Translations under genes and position numbers: made by a program
Notes under the pieces: generated by a model
The model's input: only the letters and a program-made list of their open reading frames with translations
The model's database searches: none
What the model was told of the DNA's origin: nothing
Source: Eledone cirrhosa
Lineage: Eukaryota
Direction: 5' to 3'
Assembly (NCBI GenBank): GCA_964016885.1
Contig: OZ024743.1
Location: 132,184,001 to 132,248,000 of the forward strand
DNA length: 64,000 bases
Shown here: positions 26,301-38,200 of the stretch, piece after piece
Position numbering within the stretch: the stretch's first letter is position 1
Layout of the letters: the number at the start of each line of letters is the position of its first letter

Positions 26301-28999
26301 TGCTTGGTCTTTGGTGCTTGGTGCTTGGTGATTAGTGTTTGGTGATTGGTGCTTGGGGTTTGGTGTTTGGTACTTGGTGTTTGGTGCTTGGTGCTTGCTG
26401 TTTGGTGTTTGGTGTTTGGTTCTTGGTGCTTGGTGTTTGGTGTTTGGTGTTTGGTGCTTGGTGATTGGTGCATGGTGTTTGGTGCTTGGTGCTTGGTGCT
26501 TGGTGTTTGGTGCTGCGTGCTTGGTGTTTGGTGTTTGGTGCTTGGTGCCTGCTGCTTGTTGTTTGGTGTTTGGTGCTAAGTGCTTGGTGTTTGGTGTTTG
26601 GTGCTTGGTGCTTGGTGGCTGGTGTTTGGTGCTTGGTGTTTTGTGTTTGGTGCTTGGTGCTTGGTGCCTGGTGTTTCGTGCTTGGTGCTTGGTGCTTGGT
26701 GTTTGGTGTTTGATGCTTGGTGCTTGGTGCTTGGTGTTTGGTGCTTGGTGCTTGGTGCTTTGTGTTTGATGCTGCGTGCTTGGTGTTTGGTGTTTGGTGC
26801 TTGGTGCTTGGTGTTTGGTGTTTCGTGCTTGGTGCCTGGTGCTTGTTGTTTGGTGTTTGCTGCTTGGTGCTTGGTGTTTGGTGTTTGGTGCTTGGTGCTT
26901 GGTATCTGGTGTTTGGTGCTTGGTGTTTGGTGTTTGGTGCTTGGTGCTTGGTGCTTGCTGTTTGGTGTTTGGTGCTTGGTGCTTGGTGTTTGGTGCTTGG
27001 TGTTTGGTGTTTGGTGTTTGATGCTTGGTGTTTGCTGCTTGGTGCTTGGTGCTTGGTGTTTTGTGTTTGGTGCTGGGTGCTTGGTACCTGGTGCTTGGTG
27101 CTTGGTGCTTGTTGTTTGTTGCTTGGTGCTTGGTGATTAGTGTTTGATGCTTGGTGCTTGCGGTTTGGTGTTTCGTGCTTGGAGTTTGGTGTTTGGTGCT
27201 TGGTGCTTGGTGTTTGGTGCTTGGTGCTTGGTGTTTGGTGCTTGGTGCCTGGTGCTTGGTGTTTGGTGCTTGGTGCTTGGTGTTTGGTGCTTGGTGTTAG
27301 GTGTTTGGTGCTTGGTGCTTAGTGTTTGATGTTTGGTGCTTGGTGTTTGGTGCTTGGTGCTTGGTTTTGGTGTTTGGTGCTTGCTGCTTGGTGTTTGGTG
27401 CTTGGTGATTGGTGCTTGGTGTTTGATGCTGCGTGCTTGGTGTTTGGTGTTTGGTGCTTGGTGCTTGGTGTTTGGTGTTTGGTGCTTGGTGCCTGGTGCT
27501 TGTTGTTTGGTGTTTGGTGCTTGGTGCTTGGTGTTTGGTGTTTGTTGCTTGGTGCTTGGTATCTTGTGTTTGGTGCTTGGTGTTTGGTGTTTGGTGCTTG
27601 GTGCTTGGTGCTTGGAGTTTGGTGTTTGGTGCTTGGTGCTTGGTGTTTGGTGCTTGGTGTTTGGTGTTTGGTGTTTGATGCTTGGTGTTTGTTGCTTGGT
27701 GCTTGGTGCTTGGTGTTTTGTGTTTGGTGCTTGGTGCTTGGTGCCTGGTGCTTGGTGCTTGGTGCTTGGTGTTTGGTGCTTGGTGCTTGGTGTTTGGTGC
27801 TTGGTGTTTGGTGCTTGGTGCTTGGTGTTTGGTGCTTGGTGTTATGTGCTTGGTGTTTGGTGCTTGGTGCTTGGTGCTTGGTGTTAGGTGTTTGGAGCTT
27901 GGTGCTTGTTGTTTGATGTTTGGTCCTTGGTGCTTGGTGTTTGGTGCTTGGTGCTTGGTGTTTGGTGTTTGGTGCTTGCTGCTTGCTGCTTGGTGTTTGG
28001 TGCTTGGTGATTGGTGCTTAGTATTTGGTGCTTGGTGCTTGGTGTTTGGTGTTTGGTGCTTGCTGCTTGCTGCTTGGTGTTTGGTGCTTGGTGATTGGTG
28101 CTTGGTGTTTTGTGCTTTTTGCTTGGTGTTTGGTGTTTGGTGCTAGGGTCTTGGTGCTTGGTGCTTGGTGTTTGGTGCTTGGTGCTTGGTGTTTGGTGTT
28201 TGGTGCTTGGTGCATGGGGCTTGGTGTTTGGTGCTTGGTGTTTGGTGCTTGGTGTTTGGTGCTTGCTGTTTGGTGCTTGGTGCTTGGTGTTTGGTGTTTG
28301 GTGTTTGGTGTTTGGTGCTTGGTGCTTGGTGTTTGGTGCTTGGTGCTTGGTGCTTGGTGCTTGGTGCTTGGTCTTTGGTGCTTGGTGCTTGGTGATTAGT
28401 GTTTGGTGATTGGTGCTTGGGGTTTGGTGTTTGGTACTTGGTGTTTGGTGCTTGGTGCTTGCTGTTTGGTGTTTGGTGTTTGGTTCTTGGTGCTTGGTGT
28501 TTGGTGTTTGGTATTTGGTGCTTGGTGCTTGGTGCTTGGTGTTTGGTGCTTGGTGCTTGGTGCTTGGTGTTTATGCTGCGTGCTTGGTGTTTGGTGTTTG
28601 GTGCTTGGTGCCTGCTGCTTGTTGTTTGGTGTTTGGTGCTTGGTGCTTGGTGGCTGGTGTTTGGTGCTTGGTGTTTGGTGTTTGGTGCTTGGTGCTTGGT
28701 GCCTGGTGTTTCGTGCTTGGTGCTTGGTGCTTGGTGTTTTGTGCTTGGTGCTTGGTGTTTGGTGTTTGTTGCTAGGGGCTTCGTGCTTGGTGCTTGATGT
28801 TTGGTACTTGGTGCTTGCTGTTTGGTGTTTGGTGCTTGGTGCGTGGGACTTAGTGTTTGGTGTTTGGGGCTTGGTGTTCGGTGCTTGGTGTTTGGGGCTT
28901 GGTGTTCGGTGCTTGGTGCTTGCTGCTTGGTGCTTTGTGTTTGGTGTTTGGTGCTTGGTGCTTGGTGTTTGATGTTGGGTCCTTAGTGCTTGGTGCTTG

Positions 29000-31900
29000 G
29001 TGTTTGGTGCTTGGTGCTTGGTGCTTGGTGTTTGGTGTTTGGTGTTTGGTGCTTGGGGCTTGGTGTTTTGTGCTTGGTGCTTGGTGCTTGGTGTTTGGTG
29101 TTTGGTGTTTGGTGCTTGCTGTTTGGTGCTTGGTGCTTGGTTCTGGGTGGTTGGTGTTTGCTGCTTGGTACTTGGTGTTTGGTGCTTGGTGCTTGGTGCT
29201 TGGTCTTTGGTGCTTGGTGTTTGGTGTTTGGTGCTTGGTGCTTGGTGCTTGGTGTTTGGTGCTTGGTGCTTGGTGCTTGGTGTTTGGTGCTTGGTGCTTG
29301 GTGATTAGTGTTTGTTGCTTGGTGCTTGGGGTTTGGTGGTTGGTGCTTGGTGCTTGGTGTTTGGTGTTTGGTGTTTGGTGTTTGGTGTCTGCTTTTTGGT
29401 GTTTGGTGTTTGCTGTATGGTGTTTGCTGTTTCGTATTTGGTTTTTGCTGTTTGGTGTTTGGTGTTTGCTGTTTGGTGTTTGGTGTTTGGTGTTCGGTGC
29501 TTGGTGCTTGGTATTTGGTGCTTGGTGCTTGGTTTTTGGTGTTTGGTGCTTGGTACCTGGTGCTTGTTGTTTGGTGTTTGGTGCTTGGTGCTTGGTGCTT
29601 GGTGTTTGGTGCTTGGTGTCTGGTGTTTGGTGCTTGGTGCTTGGTGCTTGGTGTTTGGTGTTTGGTGCTTGGTGCTTGGTGTTTGGTGTTTGGTGCTGGG
29701 TGCTTGGAGTTTGGTGCTTGGTGCTTGGTGCTTAGTGCTTGGTGTTTGGTGTTTGGTGCTTGGTGTTTGGTGTTTGGTGTTTGATGCTTGGTGTGTGCTG
29801 CTTGGTGCTTGGTGCTTGGTGTTTTGTGTTTGGTGCTTGGTGCTTGGTGCCTGGTTCTTGGTGCTTGGTGCTTGTTGTTTGGTGCTTGGTGCTTGGTGAT
29901 TAGTGTTTGGTGCTTGGTGCTTGGGGTTTGCTGTTTGGTGCTTGGTGCTTGGTGTTTGGTGCTTTGTGCTTGGTGTTTGGTGTTTGGTGTTTGGTGCTTG
30001 GTGTCTGGTGTTTGGTGTTTGGTGTTTGGTGCTTGGTGATTGGTGCTTGGTGTTTTGTGCTTTTTGCTTGGTGTTTGGTGTTTGGTGCTAGGGTCTTGGT
30101 GCTTGGTGCTTGGTGTTTGGTGCTTGGTGCTTGGTGTTTGGTGTTTGGTGCTTGGTGCGTGGGGCTTGGTGTTTGGTGCTTGGTGTTTGGTGCTTGGTGT
30201 TTGGTGCTTGCTGTTTGGTGCCTGGTGTTTGGTGTTTGGTGTTTGGTGTTTGGTGCTTGGTGCTTGGTGTTTGGTGCTTGGTGCTTGGTGCTTGGTGCTT
30301 GGTGCTTGGTGCTTGGTCTTTGGTGCTTGGTGCTTGGTGATTAGTGTTTGGTGATTGGTGCTTGGGGTTTGGTGTTTGGTGCTTGGTGTTTGGTGTTTGG
30401 TGTTTGATGCTTGGTGTGTGCTGCTTGGTGCTTGGTGCTTGGTGTTTTGTGTTTGGTGCTTGGTGCTTGGTGCCTGGTTCTTGGTGCTTGGTGCTTGTTG
30501 TTTGGTGCTTGGTGCTTGGTGATTAGTGTTTGGTGCTTGGTGCTTGGGGTTTGCTGTTTGGTGCTTGGTGTTTGGTGTTTGGTGCTTGGTGCTTGGTGTT
30601 TGGTGTTTGGTGTTTGGTGCTTGGTGTCTGGTGTTTGGTGTTTGGTGTTTGGTGCTTGGTGCTTGGTGATTAGTGTTTGGTGATTGGTGCTTGGGGTTTG
30701 GTGTTTGGTACTTGGTGTTTGGTGCTTGGTGCTTGCTGTTTGGTGTTTGGTGTTTGGTTCTTGGTGCTTGGTGTTTGGTGTTTGGTGCTAGGGTCTTGGT
30801 GCTTGGTGCTTGGTGTTTGGTGCTTGGTGCTTGGTGTTTGGTGTTTGGTGCTTGGTGCGTGGGGCTTGGTGTTTGGTGCTTGGTGTTTGGTGCTTGGTGT
30901 TTGGTGCTTGCTGTTTGGTGCTTGGTGCTTGGTGTTTGGTGTTTGGTGTTTGGTGCTTGGTGCTTGGTGTTTGGTGCTTGGTGCTTGGTGCTTGGTGCTT
31001 GGTCTTTGGTGCTTGGTGCTTGGTGATTAGTGTTTGGTGATTGGTGCTTGGGGTTTGGTGTTTGGTACTTGGTGTTTGGTGCTTGGTGCTTGCTGTTTGG
31101 TGTTTGGTGTTTGGTTCTTGGTGCTTGGTGTTTGGTGTTTGGTGTTTGGTGCTTGGTGCTTGGTGCTTGGTGTTTGGTGCTTGGTGCTTGGTGCTTGGTG
31201 TTTGGTGCTGCGTGCTTGGTGTTTGGTGTTTGGTGTTTGGTGCTTGGTGCTTGGTGTTTGGTGTTTGTTGCTTGGTGCTTGGTATCTTGTGTTTGGTGCT
31301 TGGTGTTTGGTGTTTGGTGCTTGGTGCTTGGTGTTTGGTGTTTGGTGCTTGGTGCTTGGTGCCTGGTGTTTCGTGCTTGGTGCTTGGTGCTTGGTGTTTG
31401 GTGTTTGGTGCTTGGTGGTTGGTGTTTGGTACTTGGTGCTTGGTGCTTGGTGCTTGGTGTTTGATGCTTGGTGCTTGGTGCTTGGTGTTTGATGCTGCGT
31501 GCCTGGTGTTTGGTGTTTGGTGCTTGGTGCTTGGTGTTTGGTGTTTCGTGCTTGGTGCCTGGTGCTTGTTGTTTGGTGTTTGCTGCTTGGTGTTTGGTGT
31601 TTGGTGCTTGGTGCTTGGTATCTGGTGTTTGGTGCTTGGTGTTTGGTGTTTGGTGCTTGGTGCTTGGTGCTTGGTGTTTGGTGTTTGGTGCTTGGTGCTT
31701 GGTGTTTGGTGCTTGGTGTTTGGTGTTTGGTGTTTGATGCTTGGTGTTTGCTGCTTGGTGCTTTGTGCTTGGTGTTTTGTGTTTGGTGCTGGGTGCTTGG
31801 TGCCTGGTGCTTGGTGCTTGGTGGTTGTTGTTTGGTGCTTGGTGCTTGGTGATTAGTGTTTGGTGCTTTGTGCTTGCGGTTTGGTGTTTTGTGCTTGGGG

Positions 31901-34900
31901 TTTGGTGTTTGGTGCTTGGTGCTTGGTGTTTGGTGCTTGGTGCTTGGTGCTTGGTGCTTGGTGTTAGGTGTTTGGTGCTTGGTGCTTGGTGTTTGATGTT
32001 TGGTGCTTGGTGCTTGGTGTTTGGTGATTGGTGCTTGGTGCTTGGTGTTTGATGTTTGGTCCTTGGTGCTTGTTGTTTGGTGTTTGGTGTTTGGTGCTTG
32101 GTGTTTGGTGTTTGGTGCTTGCTGCTTGGTGCTTGGTGTTTTGTGTTTGGAGTTTGGTGCTTGGTGTTTGGTGCTTCGGTCTTGGTGTTTGGTGCTTATT
32201 GTTTGGTGCTTGGTGCTTGGTGCTTGGTGCTTGGTGTTAGGTGTTTGGTGCTTGGTGCCTGGTGTTTGATGTTTGGTGCTTGGTGTTTGGTGCTTGGTGC
32301 TTGGTTTTGGTGTTTGGTGCTTGCTGCTTGCTGCTTGGTGTTTGGTGCTTGGTGATTGGTGCTTGGTGTTTTGTGCTTGGTGCTTGGTGTTTGGTGTTTG
32401 TTGCTAGGGGCTTCGTGCTTGGTGCTTGATGTTTGGTACTTGGTGCTTGCTGTTTGGTGTTTGGTGCTTGGTGCGTGGGACTTAGTGTTTGGTGTTTGGT
32501 GCTTGGTGGTTGGTGCTTGGTGTTTGGGGCTTGGTGTTCGGTGCTTGGTGCTTGCTGCTTGGTGCTTGGTGTTTGGTGTTTGGTGCTTGGTGCTTGGTGT
32601 TTGATGTTGGGTCCTTAGTGCTTGGTGCTTGGTGTTTGGTGTTTGGTGCGTGCTGCTTGCTGCTTGTTGTTTCGTTCTTTGTGATTGGTGCTTGGTGCTT
32701 GGTGTTTGGTGCTTGGTGCTTGGTGTTTGGTGTTTGGTGTTTGGTGTTTGGTGCTTGGGGCTTGGTGTTTTGTGCTTGGTGCTTGGTGCTTGGTGTTTCG
32801 TGTTTGGTGTTTGGTGCTTGCTGTTTGGTGCTTGGTGCTTGGTTCTGGGTGGTTGGTGTTTGCTGCTTGGTGCTTTGTGTTTGGTGTTTGGTGCTTGGTG
32901 CTTGGTGTTTGATGTTGGGTCCTTAGTGCTTGGTGCTTGGTGTTTGGTGCTTGGTGTTTGGTGTTTGGTGCTTGCTGCTTGCTGCGTGTTGTTTCGTTCT
33001 TTGTGATTGGTGCTTGGTGCTTGGTGTTTGGTGCTTGGTGCTTGGTGTTTGGTGTTTGGTGTTTGGTGCTTGGGGCTTGGTGTTTTGTGCTTGGTGCTTG
33101 GTGCTTGGTGTTTGGTGTTTGGTGTTTGGTGCTTGCTGTTTGGTGCTTGGTGCTTGGTTCTGGGTGGTTGGTGTTTGCTGCTTGGTACTTGGTGTTTGGT
33201 GCTTGGTGCTTGGTGCTTGGTCTTTGGTGCTTGGTGTTTGGTGTTTGGTGCTTGGTGCTTGGTGCTTGGTGTTTGGTGCTTGGTGCTTGGTGCTTGGTGT
33301 TTGGTGCTTGGTGCTTGGTGATTAGTGTTTGTTGCTTGGTGCTTGGGGTTTGGTGGTTGGTGCTTGGTGCTTGGTGTTTGGTGTTTGGTGTTTGGTGTTT
33401 GGTGTCTGCTTTTTGGTGTTTGGTGTTTGCTGTATGGTGTTTGCTGTTTCGTATTTGGTTTTTGCTGTTTGGTGTTTGGTGTTTGCTGTTTGGTGTTTGG
33501 TGTTTGGTGTTCGGTGCTTGGTGCTTGGTGTTTGGTGCTTGGTGCTTGGTTTTTGGTGTTTGGTGCTTGGTACCTGGTGCTTGTTGTTTGGTGTTTGGTG
33601 CTTGGTGCTTGGTGCTTGGTGTTTGGTGCTTGGTGTCTGGTGTTTGGTGCTTGGTGCTTGGTGCTTGGTGTTTGGTGTTTGGTGCTTGGTGCTTGGTGTT
33701 TGGTGTTTGGTGCTGGGTGCTTGGAGTTTGGTGCTTGGTGCTTGGTGCTTAGTGCTTGGTGTTTGGTGTTTGGTGCTTGGTGTTTGGTGTTTGGTGTTTG
33801 ATGCTTGGTGTGTGCTGCTTGGTGCTTGGTGCTTGGTGTTTTGTGTTTGGTGCTTGGTGCTTGGTGCCTGGTTCTTGGTGCTTGGTGCTTGTTGTTTGGT
33901 GCTTGGTGCTTGGTGATTAGTGTTTGGTGCTTGGTGCTTGGTGTTTGCTGTTTGGTGCTTGGTGCTTGGTGTTTGGTGCTTGGTGCTTGGTGTTTGGTGT
34001 TTGGTGTTTGGTGCTTGGTGTCTGGTGTTTGGTGTTTGGTGTTTGGTGCTTGGTGATTGGTGCTTGGTGTTTTGTGCTTTTTGCTTGGTGTTTGGTGTTT
34101 GGTGCTAGGGTCTTGGTGCTTGGTGCTTGGTGTTTGGTGCTTGGTGCTTGGTGTTTGGTGTTTGGTGCTTGGTGCGTGGGGCTTGGTGTTTGGTGCTTGG
34201 TGTTTGGTGCTTGGTGTTTGGTGCTTGCTGTTTGGGGCTTGGTGCTTGGTGTTTGGTGTTTGGTGTTTGGTGCTTGGTGCTTGGTGTTTGGTGCTTGGTG
34301 CTTGGTGCTTGGTGCTTGGTGCTTGGTCTTTGGTGCTTGGTGCTTGGTGATTAGTGTTTGGTGATTGGTGCTTGGGGTTTGGTGTTTGGTGCTTGGTGTT
34401 TGGTGTTTGGTGTTTGATGCTTGGTGTGTGCTGCTTGGTGCTTGGTGCTTGGTGTTTTGTGTTTGGTGCTTGGTGCTTGGTGCCTGGTTCTTGGTGCTTG
34501 GTGCTTGTTGTTTGGTGCTTGGTGCTTGGTGATTAGTGTTTGGTGCTTGGTGCTTGGGGTTTGCTGTTTGGTGCTTGGTGTTTGGTGTTTGGTGCTTGGT
34601 GCTTGGTGTTTGGTGTTTGGCGTTTGGTGCTTGGTGTCTGGTGTTTGGTGTTTGGTGTTTGGTGCTTGGTGCTTGGTGATTAGTGTTTGGTGATTGGTGC
34701 TTGGGGTTTGGTGTTTGGTACTTGGTGTTTGGTGCTTGGTGCTTGCTGTTTGGTGTTTGGTGTTTGGTTCTTGGTGCTTGGTGTTTGGTGTTTGGTGCTA
34801 GGGTCTTGGTGCTTGGTGCTTGGTGTTTGGTGCTTGGTGCTTGGTGTTTGGTGTTTGGTGCTTGGTGCGTGGGACTTGGTGTTTGGTGCTTGGTGTTTGG

Positions 34901-35250
34901 TGCTTGGTGTTTGGTGCTTGCTGTTTGGTGCTTGGTGCTTGGTGTTTGGTGTTTGGTGTTTGGTGCTTGGTGCTTGGTGTTTGGTGCTTGGTGCTTGGTG
35001 CTTGGTGCTTGGTCTTTGGTGCTTGGTGCTTGGTGATTAGTGTTTGGTGATTGGTGCTTGGGGTTTGGTGTTTGGTACTTGGTGTTTGGTGCTTGGTGCT
35101 TGCTGTTTGGTGTTTGGTGTTTGGTTCTTGGTGCTTGGTGTTTGGTGTTTGGTGTTTGGTGCTTGGTGCTTGGTGCTTGGTGTTTGGTGCTTGGTGGTTG
35201 GTGCTTGGTGTTTGGTGCTGCGTGCTTGGTGTTTGGTGTTTGGTGTTTGG
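29000..35250 (+). repeat. Older ~4.01-kb higher-order repeat (offsets 4010-4017)
   Basis: ORF pairs 28990/33007, 29308/33325 and 29788/33805 are offset by 4017; pairs 30344/34354 and 31030/35040 by 4010. The copies differ by several SNPs (e.g. GGCGTTT at ~34619, GGGAC at ~34871). Confidence 0.8.
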
Positions 35251-38200
35251 TGCTTGGTGCTTGGTGCTTGGTGTTTGGTGCTTGGTGTCTGGTGTTTGGT
35301 GCTTGGTGCTTGGTGCTTGGTGTTTGGTGTTTGGTGCTTGGTGCTTGGTGTTTGGTGTTTGGTGCTGGGTGCTTGGAGTTTGGTGCTTGGTGCTTGGTGC
35401 TTAGTGCTTGGTGTTTGGTGTTTGGTGCTTGGTGTTTGGTGTTTGGTGTTTGATGCTTGGTGTGTGCTGCTTGGTGCTTGGTGCTTGGTGTTTTGTGTTT
35501 GGTGCTTGGTGCTTGGTGCCTGGTTCTTGGTGCTTGGTGCTTGTTGTTTGGTGCTTGGTGCTTGGTGATTAGTGTTTGGTGCTTGGTGCTTGGGGTTTGC
35601 TGTTTGGTGCTTGGTGCTTGGTGTTTGGTGCTTGGTGCTTGGTGTTTGGTGTTTGGTGTTTGGTGCTTGGTGTCTGGTGTTTGGTGTTTGGTGTTTGGTG
35701 CTTGGTGATTGGTGCTTGGTGTTTTGTGCTTTTTGCTTGGTGTTTGGTGTTTGGTGCTAGGGTCTTGGTGCTTGGTGCTTGGTGTTTGGTGCTTGGTGCT
35801 TGGTGTTTGGTGTTTGGTGCTTGGTGCGTGGGGCTTGGTGTTTGGTGCTTGGTGTTTGGTGCTTGGTGTTTGGTGCTTGCTGTTTGGTGCCTGGTGCTTG
35901 GTGTTTGGTGTTTGGTGTTTGGTGCTTGGTGCTTGGTGTTTGGTGCTTGGTGCTTGGTGCTTGGTGCTTGGTGCTTGGTCTTTGGTGCTTGGTGCTTGGT
36001 GATTAGTGTTTGGTGATTGGTGCTTGGGGTTTGGTGTTTGGTGCTTGGTGTTTGGTGTTTGGTGTTTGATGCTTGGTGTGTGCTGCTTGGTGCTTGGTGC
36101 TTGGTGTTTTGTGTTTGGTGCTTGGTGCTTGGTGCCTGGTTCTTGGTGCTTGGTGCTTGTTGTTTGGTGCTTGGTGCTTGGTGATTAGTGTTTGGTGCTT
36201 GGTGCTTGGGGTTTGCTGTTTGGTGCTTGGTGTTTGGTGTTTGGTGCTTGGTGCTTGGTGTTTGGTGTTTGGTGTTTGGTGCTTGGTGTCTGGTGTTTGG
36301 TGTTTGGTGTTTGGTGCTTGGTGCTTGGTGATTAGTGTTTGGTGATTGGTGCTTGGGGTTTGGTGTTTGGTACTTGGTGTTTGGTGCTTGGTGCTTGCTG
36401 TTTGGTGTTTGGTGTTTGGTTCTTGGTGCTTGGTGTTTGGTGTTTGGTGCTAGGGTCTTGGTGCTTGGTGCTTGGTGTTTGGTGCTTGGTGCTTGGTGTT
36501 TGGTGTTTGGTGCTTGGTGCGTGGGGCTTGGTGTTTGGTGCTTGGTGTTTGGTGCTTGGTGTTTGGTGCTTGCTGTTTGGTGCTTGGTGCTTGGTGTTTG
36601 GTGTTTGGTGTTTGGTGCTTGGTGCTTGGTGTTTGGTGCTTGGTGCTTGGTGCTTGGTGCTTGGTCTTTGGTGCTTGGTGCTTGGTGATTAGTGTTTGGT
36701 GATTGGTGCTTGGGGTTTGGTGTTTGGTACTTGGTGTTTGGTGCTTGGTGCTTGCTGTTTGGTGTTTGGTGTTTGGTTCTTGGTGCTTGGTGTTTGGTGT
36801 TTGGTGTTTGGTGCTTGGTGCTTGGTGCTTGGTGTTTGGTGCTTGGTGCTTGGTGCTTGGTGTTTGGTGCTGCGTGCTTGGTGTTTGGTGTTTGGTGTTT
36901 GGTGCTTGGTGCTTGGTGTTTGGTGTTTGTTGCTTGGTGCTTGGTATCTTGTGTTTGGTGCTTGGTGTTTGGTGTTTGGTGCTTGGTGCTTGGTGTTTGG
37001 TGTTTGGTGCTTGGTGCTTGGTGCCTGGTGTTTCGTGCTTGGTGCTTGGTGCTTGGTGTTTGGTGTTTGGTGCTTGGTGGTTGGTGTTTGGTACTTGGTG
37101 CTTGGTGCTTGGTGCTTGGTGTTTGATGCTTGGTGCTTGGTGCTTGGTGTTTGATGCTGCGTGCCTGGTGTTTGGTGTTTGGTGCTTGGTGCTTGGTGTT
37201 TGGTGTTTCGTGCTTGGTGCCTGGTGCTTGTTGTTTGGTGTTTGCTGCTTGGTGTTTGGTGTTTGGTGCTTGGTGCTTGGTATCTGGTGTTTGGTGCTTG
37301 GTGTTTGGTGTTTGGTGCTTGGTGCTTGGTGCTTGGTGTTTGGTGTTTGGTGCTTGGTGCTTGGTGTTTGGTGCTTGGTGTTTGGTGTTTGGTGTTTGAT
37401 GCTTGGTGTTTGCTGCTTGGTGCTTTGTGCTTGGTGTTTTGTGTTTGGTGCTGGGTGCTTGGTGCCTGGTGCTTGGTGCTTGGTGGTTGTTGTTTGGTGC
37501 TTGGTGCTTGGTGATTAGTGTTTGGTGCTTTGTGCTTGCGGTTTGGTGTTTTGTGCTTGGGGTTTGGTGTTTGGTGCTTGGTGCTTGGTGTTTGGTGCTT
37601 GGTGCTTGGTGCTTGGTGCTTGGTGTTAGGTGTTTGGTGCTTGGTGCTTGGTGTTTGATGTTTGGTGCTTGGTGCTTGGTGTTTGGTGATTGGTGCTTGG
37701 TGCTTGGTGTTTGATGTTTGGTCCTTGGTGCTTGTTGTTTGGTGTTTGGTGTTTGGTGCTTGGTGTTTGGTGTTTGGTGCTTGCTGCTTGGTGCTTGGTG
37801 TTTTGTGTTTGGAGTTTGGTGCTTGGTGTTTGGTGCTTCGGTCTTGGTGTTTGGTGCTTATTGTTTGGTGCTTGGTGCTTGGTGCTTGGTGCTTGGTGTT
37901 AGGTGTTTGGTGCTTGGTGCTTGGTGTTTGATGTTTGGTGCTTGGTGTTTGGTGCTTGGTGCTTGGTTTTGGTGTTTGGTGCTTGCTGCTTGCTGCTTGG
38001 TGTTTGGTGCTTGGTGATTGGTGCTTGGTGTTTTGTGCTTGGTGCTTGGTGTTTGGTGTTTGTTGCTAGGGGCTTCGTGCTTGGTGCTTGATGTTTGGTA
38101 CTTGGTGCTTGCTGTTTGGTGTTTGGTGCTTGGTGCGTGGGACTTAGTGTTTGGTGTTTGGTGCTTGGTGGTTGGTGCTTGGTGTTTGGGGCTTGGTGTT

